A stretch of DNA of 64,000 nt. Source: Saccostrea cucullata (Eukaryota). Both the position numbers and the translations under genes were made by a program. The notes beneath the pieces were generated by a model that had not been told where the DNA came from, made no database searches, and was given only the letters and a program-made list of their open reading frames with translations. Positions 1 to 13,550 of this stretch are shown one piece after another (positions within the stretch are counted from its first letter, which is position 1; each line of letters opens with the position of its first letter). The stretch is from positions 1-64,000 of the forward strand of contig NW_026924588.1 of NCBI RefSeq assembly GCF_032062105.1, given 5' to 3'.

Positions 1-174
1 ATGGAACTGGATCAGTCGCCCTTTCTCTATGCAGCTCAGAGAAAAGATGAATTTACCTTGGAGTAAAAGTAGAAATCAAGGGTTCTTCTAACATGGTCAA
101 ACTTTTTCCAATTCTTAATATAATAATAAACTTTAATATCATTTTTGCAACATCTTCTTTTCGATTAGCTTGCG

Positions 175-449
175 GTGTCTGCTCTAGAGTCGCGAAGTAA
201 GGAGTCAATCCTTACGTCGCGGGTTCGAATCCCACTGTGGGACGTGAAGACCGGTCTTTCGGATGAGGCCCCGTGTCGCAGTAGGTGCTGGCACGAAAAA
301 GATCCCTCACTGCTCAAAGGCCCTGAGTGCCGAGCATAGGACAAAATTTGTAGCCCTCCACCGGCAAGTGGTGGCGTCTCCATATGAGTGAAAAATTCTC
401 AAGAGGGACGTTAAACAGCATACAATCAATCAATCAATCAATCAATCAA
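175..449 (+). mobile_element. tRNA-derived SINE, 5'-truncated, Deu/Nin-like core, with TSD
   Basis: B-box GGTTCGAATCCC at 222-233. Core GTCTTTCGGATGAG..CCCCGTGTCGCAG..GGCACG..AAAGATCCC. (CAAT)n tail 423-449. 14-bp TSD TCGATTAGCTTGCG at 161-174 and 450-463. Confidence 0.85.
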
Positions 450-776
450 TCGATTAGCTTGCGTGATAATTTGCAATGTATATTTTAGGCACATATGAAA
501 ACATACAGAGAGAGTTCTTGTTACAAATGTACCCATTATTCGGTGATAGGGACCATGTGAAGGATGTTATCAGACAATTCTGTAGAGAGGATTAAAAGCA
601 AACTAACCTTGTTACTGAATTTACACCATAAAAAACTGCCATTGAAAAATATGTCAAAATTAAGCAATGTCAAGAAAAAAATGTGATCAAAAATAACTAT
701 TACTTGAGTAATCCAAACGTCTTCAATATCATTGATACTACACACACATACTCTTTGCATGTACTCTATACATGTA

Positions 777-1404
777 CAGGGTGTCCCAAAACATATGTTA
801 CACTTTTAAACCATCATAAAAATTTTATGCCTCAAGTTACAATAATGAAATTTAAAATGTATATTAACATTGTTATAATTTTTTTTGTGAAGCATACAGT
901 TGCCAAAATTTCCTTATTAATCATCTATATTTTTTCTTTAGAATAACATATGTCATTTTACAACAAGTTCCATATGACGTCCATTGAATTGAAATTATTT
1001 GAACACAATTCCTGAAGTTTTTATTTATCAAGCTGTAAATATAACATATATTCCAACAGTTTAACTTTAAATACCTTTATAAACATGTAAATTAGTATTC
1101 CGTTGAGGACTTTCATAACAAGATGTTGTTTTCTTATGGTACTTATGACTAAAGTAACAATTTTAGACCGATAGTAAAAATTTACAATATCTACCAGCTC
1201 TTCACATGAAGGTTCCATATCAAAATATGATGACATCATTAGGACATCATAATTACCTGACTCTTGAATAGAAAGTTCTCGAAAGTTTGTCAGATAAAAT
1301 GTATGCTAATACATTATAAGTTGACAAAATATATTTCTTGAATGCTTTTAATTTGATAAAGTTATAGGTGATTAAAAGTGTAACATATGTTTTGGGACAA
1401 CCTG
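777..1404 (-). mobile_element. Tc1/mariner internal-deletion derivative (MITE)
   Basis: TIRs CAGGGTGTCCCAAAACATATGTTACACTTTTAA / TTAAAAGTGTAACATATGTTTTGGGACAACCTG with TA on both sides. Internal segments are reverse-complement matches to 11560-11720 and 12190-12443. Confidence 0.85.
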
Positions 1405-1761
1405 TATATGTATGACTTTTATAACTTCTTACTTTTAGAACTTCATTCGTTCGAGTGAAATCGAGTGGAATTTCGAATGAAAATAATAATGAGGAGGTAA
1501 ATTTATCTAGTTTTGAATTAAAACAAAACGCAATGAGTTTTCATATCATAGAGTACCGAGATATAAAAATAATGCATGAAAAAAGTAGGTTAGCATAAGT
1601 GGTAATGTTAAAAAGAACTGTATAAGAAGGGCATTATTTGTACATGTGATTTACGTTGTCACGACTTATAAGTGTATTCGGAAAAAACAAAGAGCTGTTA
1701 TAAATGTAACTGAAATGTTTTGCTTAAATGACACTCCATTTAAAAAATAAACAAGCTTTTC

Positions 1762-1763
<2 letters not shown>

Positions 1764-1808
<45 letters not shown>
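1764..1808. repeat. (GA)n microsatellite
   Basis: About 22 GA units with one interruption. Confidence 0.95.
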
Positions 1809-1810
<2 letters not shown>

Positions 1811-3069
1811 TAAAGAAGTCGGTATTTATCTAGCTGTTGTATGCCAAACAAGTTTTTGTCTGCTTGGTTTATGTGTTTTGTGCATGTTTGACGAAACATA
1901 AGACATTACCAGTCTTAAGGAAGGGGGAAATTATGCATATTTAAATATAATTGGTATGACATTATTTTTTATGCTTATAATACCTATGCAAATAAAAACA
2001 ATTGAGATTTTTAAAACCAAATTTACTGAACTTGAATATCACAAATATTTTATAAAATTTTTCTTGCTTAAAAAGATTGTTCTCAGATAAAGATGGAATG
2101 CTGCAACATTTAATGAAATAGACAATATACTCTTTTCAGAAAATTTAGCTTTGTAAAGTGTAGGCTGACTGTATTCAGGTGAAAAACAGCAGTCGTGTCT
2201 TCACCCATCTTTATCAACAAAGTTACCTTACTTCTTTCAATTTATAAATAAACGATCGCGATTTAAACTGTCTGATAATTTACAAGTACTTTCATTTATC
2301 CTGGACTTCGGGCCAATTCTTCCATCATCAACGATATTTCTCATATCCCCCAAACGCCTGAGGAATATAACCCGGCTAAATGGCTGAAAGTAGTTTCTTT
2401 CTCTGAATTCACATTTTGTGTACATAAAAAAGACAATGGGATAATCACGTAGCATTGTAAACACAATTATGCTAGCCATTGTTTGACATATATGAATATT
2501 TATTTATTTTTCTTTGACAACTTATATTACTATACCTTATTATAATTATTCTATACGACGTGTAATTTGATTGGTTTTAGATCATCCCGTGACAGGGCAA
2601 AACATCTTCACATATGTCCCTGTCGTCGCCATGTCCTTTATCATATTCAATATCTTCGGATACCTTGTGCATTTTCCTCAATAGTTGTTCATCGAACGAA
2701 AACTCCCGAGAGTAGTAGGTGTCACAATACACTGGTTCACGTTTCATTTTTTCAGATTGTTTTTGTCCACGGGATTCAGTAACTTTACATTTTCAGATAG
2801 CTTGCTATCATTGAAATATGCTTAATCCGAAACTCTAAAGCAGACCTCTACCATCACTTCGCCATGCAGGCGACTTTCAAGAATTAAAGAAAATATATAT
2901 GATACATTTGGAGAAGGCTTAACGTTGCATTATGCATTTGTAAAATTATAATTACCTTTGTTCTCTTTTTTTCAGAAGAAAATATATTTCAGTGTGAGTA
3001 TTCCTCAATATCAGCATAAGCTATGACAATGTGTGAATATTCAACAACCTAAAAAAACTGAATTACATC

Positions 3070-6000
3070 ATGGCTTCACCTTCTAATGTACCTCCGGCTA
3101 GAGCAAGTTTAGCTACTGGACCCCCAGCTACTGTGTCACCAGAGGAAACTAATTTTCTACGATTCGTCAATCTGGTCCTGAAGAGAGCACCAAAGGCCCT
3201 GAGGGTCCATTTTGATACAGTGCATCCTCCAAATAACCTTGTTTCTGTCCTAACAACACAAAGACCTACTCTGTTACGCTTGAAATCAAGAAAAATAATA
3301 AACCAGGTTCAGTGGGACACACTTTTTGGAGGTATATTGTAAAAATGTGTAAGAAAGTGTTTAAACATGTTCCTTTCAATATCAAACAACTTCACTACTT
3401 CAAAGATAATATTTTATGTTCAGTAATTTTATTAATACGAGTAAGTAAGCAAATAAAGAAGGGGATCAGAGTATACAGCAAATCGGGAGATTATATCCCG
3501 TCCCTGCATCTGCAATTGTAACAATTTCATTTTTTTCTACAGAAAATGATTGTAAAGATCTTTGATCAAACTGTTTCAGTTTAACACTTAAAACTTAATG
3601 ATACAAGATTAAGATCTTTCTCTCTCTTTAAATTTCCAAATTTCATTTTCAATTGATTTAGTTAACAATCCTGTGTCAAAGGACTTTGATGTTACACTAT
3701 TAATCTGCCTTTTACGTAACATGAGTCCCTCTACACCAGCACCAGCAGGAGGATTCGATGTTCTACCCAATTCATCAGATGTTAGTACTGGGGCTGACTT
3801 AGCAAGAATTAAGTTCTACAGAAACACAGTGGCCCATTCGTCAGGTGCAAGAATGACCACAAATGAATTTAATACTAGCTGGAACGACATTGAAGGGGTA
3901 AGAAAAAATTCTTTTGTCATTCTATAGTCTATGTAGAAACTGATTGATATAGGAGGGATATGATTACCGTTCCATACCCTAAAAGTTCGTGTTTCCATAC
4001 CTCAATTCCAATGGTTCTTCTGAAATTTACCAAATTGTGAGTTACATTCCCTAAAAGAGATTTTATGGACAGGGGTTCAAGTAAGTAGGAAGTTACCATG
4101 AATGAGTTCAATTAACCATAGCAAAATACAAAGAAAAGTGAGAATTTAAAAAAAAACTAAATGTTCTGTTTGTCTACAACATTTTAGTTTAAACAACATA
4201 TGCATAATCAATGGAAAAAATAAAGAGCTCATGCCATAATTTGATTAATGATTAATTTACAAATACCTCTTTAGCATATCAATATTAATTTATTTTCCAA
4301 TACAGTTGAATAATCCACAATATATATCAATTATTTTAGGCTATTGGAAGACTTGGAGGTTCTGCATTACTAAATGAAGCTCAAACTTTAAGGGTGACCT
4401 CAATCGATGACTCTGAGAGAGAACTTCTTTTAGAGCATTTACTGGAAATAAGACGGCTGAGATTGGAACGGTTAGAAACGATACCCTGGAATGTTAGAGG
4501 TAATCTTTGTATACCACTTGGATATATTAAGAAAAACTCAATCATTTCTCATTCATAAAGCTGATAAGACACAAATTCAATGTTGATATTTTCTAAAATT
4601 TTCTGTAAAATTCTATAACTTAAGTTAAAGATAAAAATTGTGAAGATGTAAGGATGTGTCAATCAAATGCGTCTAGAAATTTGTAGTTTCAAAAAATTTG
4701 AGAATGAATAAGATTTTTATAATAATGTCGTATGAATTGTAGGAAAACATATAAGTTATGGAATTATACAGATATTTTTTAATTAACATCAAATCCATGG
4801 CTATGCACATTTAAAGTAACATTGGTTTGTAACTCTTGGATTTTACATTTGATATCAAATTTTTTTTTAATAAAAATAATGATTTCTTATGATGAACAGA
4901 TAAATAAAATTCTATATAATAAGCAAATCTTTGCTGAAGTTTTGTCTAAACTGCATGCCTAATAAGATTTTAAAATATCCTTTTACTCATTGCAAACATT
5001 GGGTAACTACTTTCAAAAATCTTAAATGATCAATGTTATCTGTAGAAACGCCAAAGGTACATGTATATATTAATGATTAGAGATCTACAAATATTTTACA
5101 GTTAAAGTATATCATTGAGACAGTTAGATTACAGTTCCCCTCGACCAGGACTATTTCCCGAGGCTGCGTCTCGGGAAATACTCCTGGACGAGGGAACTTT
5201 GATTTTGCTGACCCCCTCAATGATATATGTATTTTAACTGTTTTATTATACCGATACAAAAGTGAAAAAAGTAGAGAGTTACAAATGACAGGGAATTAGC
5301 TTCCGAACTTACGCATGCAGGATTAGTCCATTAACTTTTGGACCGACATAATAAAATATAGACTTACTGAAAAATGGGGTATTAGCTTCCGAAGCAGGGA
5401 TTAGCTCATTTGACTAACGCATGGGGATCAGCCAATTCACAGAGATTTCTGGGGAAATATTCACATTGTACTAACTAACTTTTATATAGGAAAAAAATCA
5501 GCAGAGGTATGATAATTCCAGTTAATTGTATTTTAAAGTAATTGTATTTATAGTAAAAAAAAGGTTGTAAATGTAAAGATCAAATAAAATCTATTATTAA
5601 ACCTCTACAGATTTTCCTTACATAACAATAGATCATTAGATCTCACCAAAACCCTAGAAATCGGTATGAATGGACTATAAATATCCCTGTGCGTCAAGTC
5701 AAGTGAGCTAATTCCTGCTTGTAAGGCTAATTCCCAATTATCGTAATTGAAGTACGAGTAATCATTTAGATTTTACTTATACATTGGTATGATATGTGAG
5801 TGGACTAATTCCCTTGTGTTTGTTCAATGAGCTAATCACTGCTTTGAAATCACCCTATTTGAATCATCTAAAGGTTGCGTTTAGCCAATCAAAAAGTGTT
5901 TTACAAAACAATTGCATTAGAATACTAATTTAATATGTAACATTTTAATCAAGCTTATTTAAAAGTTAAAACTGTTTAGAGTTTGCATATATCATACGGG

Positions 6001-9000
6001 CCCATAACAAGTCATAATGCGAATTTTTACGCAAGTAGATAACACTATATACTCGAGTTTAAATTATCTGAAAGCAATTGTTTCAATTTTATAGTATTTG
6101 GGTGGGATAATTTCTGCATTTTTCAAGGCACTTCCCCTAGGCCAGGACTATGTTCCCCGGTTTCACCTCGGGAAATATAGTCCTAGCCTTGAGGAACTGG
6201 AATCTTGTTAACTCCCTTAATGATATACTTAAATTAAATTACACAAGAACTGTTGATTTAAACAACGTTAAAACATATATATCGGTATAATGATATACTA
6301 ATCTGTGCAGCAAATATCTTTATTTACTTTCCTGATTTTACTCATATAGAATTAATTGAGGAGAAACTGGAGTCCTGGGAAGAAGAGGATCAAGTATTTG
6401 TAGAAACGAAATCATCCACAGCTGTTGAAAAATTCATTAAAGAACACCCATGTGTTGTGGTGGTCGGTCATCCAGGATCAGGAAAGTCAGCCATCATTCA
6501 TCACATCGCTCTTAAAATGAGAAAAGAAGGTTTTTCAGTTATACCTATTCATCGCCCTGGTGAGATCACGACTTATCACAACAGAAAAAATCCTCAAGTC
6601 TTTGTTACCGATGATCCATGTGGTGAATATACAGTTAATGAACATGTTTATGAATGGGCTAAGTACTCTGAAGATATTAAAAAATGTCTAAATTTCAAAG
6701 GAAGGGAAAGACAAGTAAAGGCAAAACTTCTTGTTTCCTGTCGGTTAGCATTGAGCTCAGTTCGCACATTTAGAAAGATTAAAATATTTTCAAATTTTAT
6801 ATTCAATTTAGAAAACCAAGAAAATCATTTATCATTTATTGAGAAAAAACAAATTTTGGAAGCTCATGTTCAGAGCGAACTAGATTTACCAAAGCAATTG
6901 TTTGAAAAGCATATTGATTGCTTCCCGTTGCTTTGTAAGCTGTATGTAAATGCTTGGGCTGATCCAGATCGTTTGGTAACTTTTTTTGATAATCCTTTCA
7001 TTCAGTTGGTTTCGAAGTTTGACTTGATGATAGACGATCCCAAACCAGAAAGCATTTACGAATATTGCTCTCTAGTTTGTTGTTCCCTTTCAGAAGACAA
7101 ACTTGCTTTATATCTATCTGGAAAGGAAAACTCTGAAGACTTTGGGTGCCTTGAACAAATTCACAATGCTTGTGAAGTAGATCTCAATCCCTCAGAATTA
7201 TTATCAGCCGTCAACAGACTTGTTGGAAAGTATATCAAACAAATAGGTCAAATATTTTCTGTAATACATACAAAACTGCTTGATATAATAGTTTGGCACT
7301 TTGGAAAACAATCACCGGAAACATTGATACATCATTCACCATTAGAAATATTTCAAAATAGGCTTAGACCTTTTGGAAGATTAGAATGTGATGATAATGA
7401 AGATTTGTTCCTAGTAGAATTGGACGAAAGTACCTTGACATCTTATGTAGAAAGAATACAGAAAGATTTAGAACAAGGGATAGTTCTTGAAGTTTTTGAA
7501 AACCCAACTCTGCCAAAAGCACAGATTGAATCTTGTCTGTATTCTTTGTTAGAAGATAGACATGTCTTGGATAAAGCACTAACGAAAACAGGCCGAAGCT
7601 TGTCATCAGGTACAATAGACTCTATGAATTCATTTTCGAAGAAAGCTCTATTAGGAAATAACCGAATTTCATTTCATCATTTAATTATTGCATACAACTG
7701 GTCAACATTTTTTGAATATCTGTTCCAAATGGAAAATGAGACTCTCTTTCAAACATTATTTGATCAAAAGGCATGTTCAATATACTTGGCTATTCTTAGT
7801 GAAAATATTGAAATAGTTCAACGGTGCTTTGATTACTATATTCAAATTTATGAAAATGTTCACTATCTTATGGAAGAAATGTTTTCAGATGATAATTGTT
7901 TGTATTGTGACTTTAGTAAAGAAAGCAAAATCCACGAAGATCATTGTCCAATTGCACGAATCCCATTGCCAATTCTAGTTTGTATAACGGGAAAAATAGA
8001 AATATTGGAATTCCTTATCCAAAAGAAAGTCTGCTCTCAGGAAGATCTTACCTCAAATGTTCATTTAATGGATGAAATGGTTTCACCTTTAATGGTTAGC
8101 AGTTTTTATGGGCATTGTGATCTTACTCATTACTTACTATCAAAAGGGGCATCCGTGAATTTTCAGAATGAAGTCGGTATTTCTGTACTCCATGAAGCAT
8201 GTCGGAATAATCATGTTAATGTAATTAAATTATTACATGACTTTGGAGCTGAAGTAGATATCAAAGATAACAATGGTGAGACACCATTCTACCTAGCATG
8301 CCGAAATGGTTCATTGGAAGCTGCAGATCTTTTGATTACTCTTGGGGCAAATTTCAATTTACAAGACAACCTTGGATGGACAGCTTTACATTCATCTATT
8401 TTTTCTGAGCAGAAAAGAATGACTCAATTCCTAATTGAAAAAGGTTGCGACATTAACTTAATTGCTAATGACGGTGAAACTCTTTTATCGTTAGCATGTT
8501 CTCTTGGAAATTGCGATACCATCAAGTCGTTACTAGAAAAAGGTATTAATATACAACATCAACAGAATTTACTTTTGAAATCTTGGCAAACTGGAAATAA
8601 AGATGTCGTTTCTATGTTATTGGAACAAGGACTGGATATAAATTATAGGAATGAGATTGGTTTGACAGCACTACATATCAGTTGTGCGTATAACAACCCA
8701 GAACTTCTTCATTATCTGCTCTCCAAAGGAGCGTGTCCAAACATTCTTACAAAAGAAAATCGAACTTCTTTGCATATTGCTTCAGAAAATTTATCAGAAG
8801 AATGCATCTCAATTCTTACAAAACATGGGGCAGATATAAATGCATTAGATAACGAAAATAAAACAGCTCTACATTACGTATGTCGAAATCCAATCACTGA
8901 ACGATTTTTTACACACGACGCAAGAGGAAATGACAGTTGTTTCCTTGAGGAACTGAAAGAGTTAACGTACGTTCAACAGCATGACTTAACTTACTGTCAA

Positions 9001-10688
9001 CAGAATTCTGCACCAAATGTTATTACAATTAATACATCGGATATTACCAGATATATAGAATACTGTCAGTGTAACGCAAGATTAATTGAGAAAATTGAAA
9101 GGATAGTCGATATACTTATACAAACTGATATCGATATAAACATCGCTGACAAAGATGATTTAACTCCCTTACCTATTGCTTTTTTTGGGAATTTTTCAAA
9201 GGTCATCGAAATGCTTTTGAAAAACAATGCAGTTGTAAATTTGGTGGACAAAGATGGACAAACACCTTTACATATGGCTTGCATCAATGGAAATTTAAAG
9301 GTTTTGATGTTACTTATACAAAAAGGAGCAAATGTGAATATTGCAGACAAGACCGGATCTATATCGCTACATATCGCTGCACAGAACAACGATATTGATA
9401 TACTTTCTTGTTTAATTTCTAATGGGGCAAATGTGAATCAACAGGACCACCAAGGTTTAACACCACTTCACATTTCTTGTTACAGTGGCGATATAGATAT
9501 TGTTAAGGAACTGTTAAAGTCTAATGCAGATGTCAAAATGCATTCCAAAGGTGGGGTTAATCCTCTAACGGTTTCAGTTGCAAACGGCTACTATCATATA
9601 TCGGACGAAATTCTAAAAGAAGGTGTTCACATACTTGATATGAATTTTTTGCATTTGTTACAATCTGTCCAGTGTAAATCGAATATTTGCCAAATTTTGG
9701 ACAGGTACAGTGATGTCCTTACGTACCGAAGTAGTGATGGACAGTCACTTCTGCACATAGCAATATTGGAAAAAATACACAATGGGCTAATGTTCTTCTC
9801 TCTAAGGAGAATTTTACTAAAGTGTTAGTCAACGAAGGACATATGCCCTTATTTTACGCAATTGAACATGGGTTGCAAGACATTATAAAATTACTTTTGA
9901 AAGAAGACTTGCCCGAAGCAGTGAGAATTGAATGTCTTCGCATGGCAAATATAAACGGTAGAAAGGATACTGTATCAATACTGTTCAAAAAGTATCCTGG
10001 TTTACTGGATAATTTAAATGGGAGTGACTATAGAATGGTACCGAAGTTGCTGAGAACCCATAGTGTATACAATAAAATAATGGAAAATGCTTTAAATAGC
10101 AGAAAGTACCTTGAAATATACAGCATTATTCTTGTTGATCTTCCAGATGAATTATGGAACCTTCATACAAGCACAGTACCATGTCTATCTCCAGAAAACT
10201 GTATGACAAGCGACCACAATTGGTTAGAGGAGAAAACAATAATTGATAAAGTGAGATATATTAGAAATTTAACAGTTTTATCCCCCTTGGAGATATGGCC
10301 GCTTCTGTTTTGTTCTGATAATCCAATATTAAAAGGTTTATCATTTTTGGAATTTATTAGTTTTGCAACAGATATTTTTTCATTGAAGGATGTCATTGGA
10401 AATAGCATTTTACATTATATGTGTTTAATGGAAAATGAAGATTTATCCCGAATTTTCTTAATGGAAAATGAGGATTTATTCGACATTTCTCCTCTCAAAA
10501 ATAAGACTAAGATCTTAAGATCTTCTCTAAGAACGCTTATCAATATGCAGAACCTTGCGGGATGTACACCCCTCCACTACGCAATAAGAAATCGTGGTAC
10601 ATTTCGTTTACTTGTTGACTTTGGTGCTGAAATCGGAATTAGGGACAAATCTGGTCATGATGCTGAACATTATATTGGATGTGAATAG
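3070..10688 (+). CDS. HEPN (DZIP3-like) - STAND NTPase (nSTAND3-like) - ankyrin-repeat protein, paralog 1 (~1665 aa if one frameshift is repaired)
   Basis: Phase-consistent GT-AG exons 3070-3331, 3662-3897, 4340-4499, 6350-10688. HEPN motifs DFDVTLLICLLRN and RIKFYRNTVAH (RxxxxH at 3820-3837). Walker A GHPGSGKS, Walker B VFVTDD. Many TPLHxA/GAxVN ankyrin repeats. One base is missing in the A6 run 9770-9775; the shifted frame continues to align with paralog 2. Confidence 0.85.
5105..5228. repeat. Long imperfect palindrome (hairpin) in intron 3; related copy at ~6130-6230
   Basis: TATATCATTGAG...GTTCCCCTCGACCAGGACTATTTCCCGAGG-ctgcg-TCTCGGGAAATACTCCTGGACGAGGGAAC...CTCAATGATATA. Confidence 0.75.
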
Positions 10689-10935
10689 ACACTTTAAAAT
10701 ACTCCTCTTTGCTGGGTTTTATAAACTGACTAAAAATAACACAAAGGCACAGCAAACCGTAGCAATCCTTGACCTTGACAAGGAGCATATTATATAAATC
10801 AAACCAGCATTCGACATCGATTCCAATGAAAATCTCTTCATTTCTACTTTTGTACATGACTACCGCACTCACAAATGAACACACCTGGTCACATTACTTT
10901 ATCCTATCCAACTCCCTCTTTATGAGATTATGAAA

Positions 10936-11113
10936 TACTGTGAACCAATTTTTATTCAGAAATATTTCTCGCCGCGAACTGGTCCTTAAAGTGGATGTGT
11001 CTTTTAACAACAGATCGAAAAAGGCTTGATCGCGAAAATAAATCGCCGTGAACTAGTTTATACCTGTTAAATCGCGAAATAAAGTCGTAGGAAATAAAAG
11101 TTGTTTGACAGTA
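10936..11113. mobile_element. Short MITE with TACTGT...ACAGTA ends
   Basis: Imperfect TIRs TACTGTGAACCAATTTTTATT / AATAAAAGTTGTTTGACAGTA. Related end types at 32799-33018, 36611-36813 and 61620-61852. Confidence 0.6.
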
Positions 11114-11209
11114 TCTGGAAACAAAAGCAAAACGTATTTTCTAAAAGTTAATTTGTAAATTAATGAATAAGAATGAAGGACATTGATCGTTATTTGTACA
11201 ATGTATTAA

Positions 11210-11542
11210 GGTCAGACGATACGTTGCTCTCATATATATCTTGCATCGCTTAGTATTATATAAAAAAATTGTTCATATTTGTCATTATCTTTTGATTTTT
11301 ACATTGATTTTAACATTGTTTTCAAAATGTTTTTAATTATAAGTACACCGAAAATTGTGTCATTAGCTATTTAGAATATTAACCATAAAGGTTTTATAAG
11401 AAATATGACGCTATGGTGTCCTGGCCAAATGCTTGGTAAGGTACCCTAATTTTTTTTAAGAGGAAACTTGTTTGAGTACCTATACTTCAATGACAAATTC
11501 TTAGAAAAAATTATATAATATTGAGGAACGTGTCATCTGACC
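11210..11542. mobile_element. MITE with TTAA TSD (Kolobok-like ends)
   Basis: TTAA-GGTCAGACGATACGTTGCTC ... GAGGAACGTGTCATCTGACC-TTAA. Confidence 0.75.
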
Positions 11543-11546
11543 TTAA

Positions 11547-12443
11547 AGTCAATGTTCAAATGAAGGCATCATATTTTTAATTTTGAACCTTCAAGTGAAC
11601 AGATGGTAGAAGTATTGTCAAACTTTAATATGGGTGTAAATCTGCTACTTTGGTCATAGGAACCATGAGAAAGCAAATTCTGCAATGAAAGTACACAACA
11701 GAATGCTAATTTACAGACTTGCGAGGGAGTTAAAAGTTAAAGGCACCATAAATGACACATGACTTAATTCTGGTAATAAGACCAAGGAGTGCTCGTACCA
11801 AAGAGAACATTAATTTCATTGATAGAGTAATCACTGAAACTTTATAAAAATCCCACAGACGGGTACTGCCTAAACTAGATGCATATGGTACTATTGGTAA
11901 ATCTAGTGTTCATAAAATATTCAAATTCGATTTAAAACTGATTCCTTACAAGATAATTGTAATGCAGCATTTGATAGAGACAGAAATTAGATGTCGTTTA
12001 GAGTTTGCCTATTGGATTTTGATTATATAGACCAAACTCTGCAAATTTAACAGATGCATGGTTTTCCGATTAAGCCCACTTCCATTTTAACAAAATGTTA
12101 TTGAAGCGAATCTTACGTTCTTGTGTTTGTTGAAACTCGATTTAATTGTGGAAAAACCTGTTAGAATGTTACATATAAAACTTAGTAAAAAAACTTAAGA
12201 AATCGTGTTCAAATAATATTAATTCCAAGGGATTTAATTTGGAACATGCTGTAAAATGTCATATGTTATGAAGTTATTCTAAAAAAAAAATTGTTGATAA
12301 TTAATAAGGAAATTGTAACAAATGTGTGCTTGACAAGAAATTCATAACAATTTTATTAAATATTTTTAATTTTATTAATGTGACTTGAAGATTGGAATTT
12401 TTATAACGGTTTAAAAGTGTAAAATATGTTTTGGGACACCCTG
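11547..12443 (+). pseudogene. Decayed Tc1/mariner transposase relic with right TIR
   Basis: Broken frame containing DAWFSD*AHFH (~12053-12085), resembling the WFSDEAHF catalytic motif. Right TIR TTAAAAGTGTAAAATATGTTTTGGGACACCCTG-TA is shared with 777-1404. Confidence 0.7.
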
Positions 12444-13550
12444 TATATAATTTCAATGTCGTCTATTTGATTGTGGATATGAAGGACAGTTTCATTAACA
12501 CCAAATTGTGATAACTGTAAAATAATGCTGTTTTGTGAAATTGTGTCATAGCCTTCATCGTTCAGTGTGTTTGTAATATATTCAAAAGTTTGTGATGATG
12601 TTTATGGAATTATTTCAATGATGTACTTTTAGCAGTTCTTAAAATAAAAACAAAATCAACACGTTTAAGCATGTCATAAAATAATTTGCAGAATGCATCT
12701 GGTTCAACAATAATGTGATTACCTTAATTATCAATCTGACAAATCCCCTTTCTTAATACCGTCTTTCCATTAAATACCCCCCCCCCAAACTTTAAGCCCA
12801 GTTTCGAAGAATCTTCGTGCAATGTAATAAACAAGGATTCATTTGCGGTAAGCGTAACTTAGAAGCTATATCATACTTTGAATCATTATTTAGTATTAAT
12901 ACTGAACGTCCTTATTGACCAAGGCGTAAATATTTTTCACGTTAATTTGCGTCAAAATAATATTAATAATGTCCAACCATTACAGGAAAACACATTGATA
13001 GAAACAAATCAAATGCATGCACATTTTTTTTAATTTTCCCCAATTCATCCAATTATCCGATATTATTTCCATATTCAATCTAAATACATGTAAAAAACAA
13101 TACTTGTGATAGAAATTGAATTTTTTCATGATCTTCTAAATTAACCGTGTAGAAGAATTTGAACTTCACTATAACTTTCACAGTTTTCAGACAATATCAA
13201 CATATAGGTGAAAAATGCGATGTACGTTTTTATCTTGCTTATTAAAAAAAATTCAAAACGTTAGTTTTATCTTTTAAAATGGAATTTCACAAAAGGCTTC
13301 ATCATACAGTTCTTTAAATTTGACAGAAAACATACAATATGTTCATTATTAGAAGAAAAAAATCAACGTTTCATCAAAACCTTTTTTTTTCAAATTCATT
13401 TTATTGATTGCTGACCGAAGAATATTCATTTGCATCGATAAGATGTCATCCATACCCTTTATTGTATTTAAAGATCTAATTCATCAGCAGTTTATATACA
13501 TGTTTTGACAGTTCGAAACAGAATGAATAACATGATCAATATACATAGAG

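Noticed and set aside
9765-9830. Programmed frameshift in the ankyrin gene
   Set aside because: No in-frame X XXY YYZ heptamer, and the paralog is continuous at this position and breaks elsewhere.
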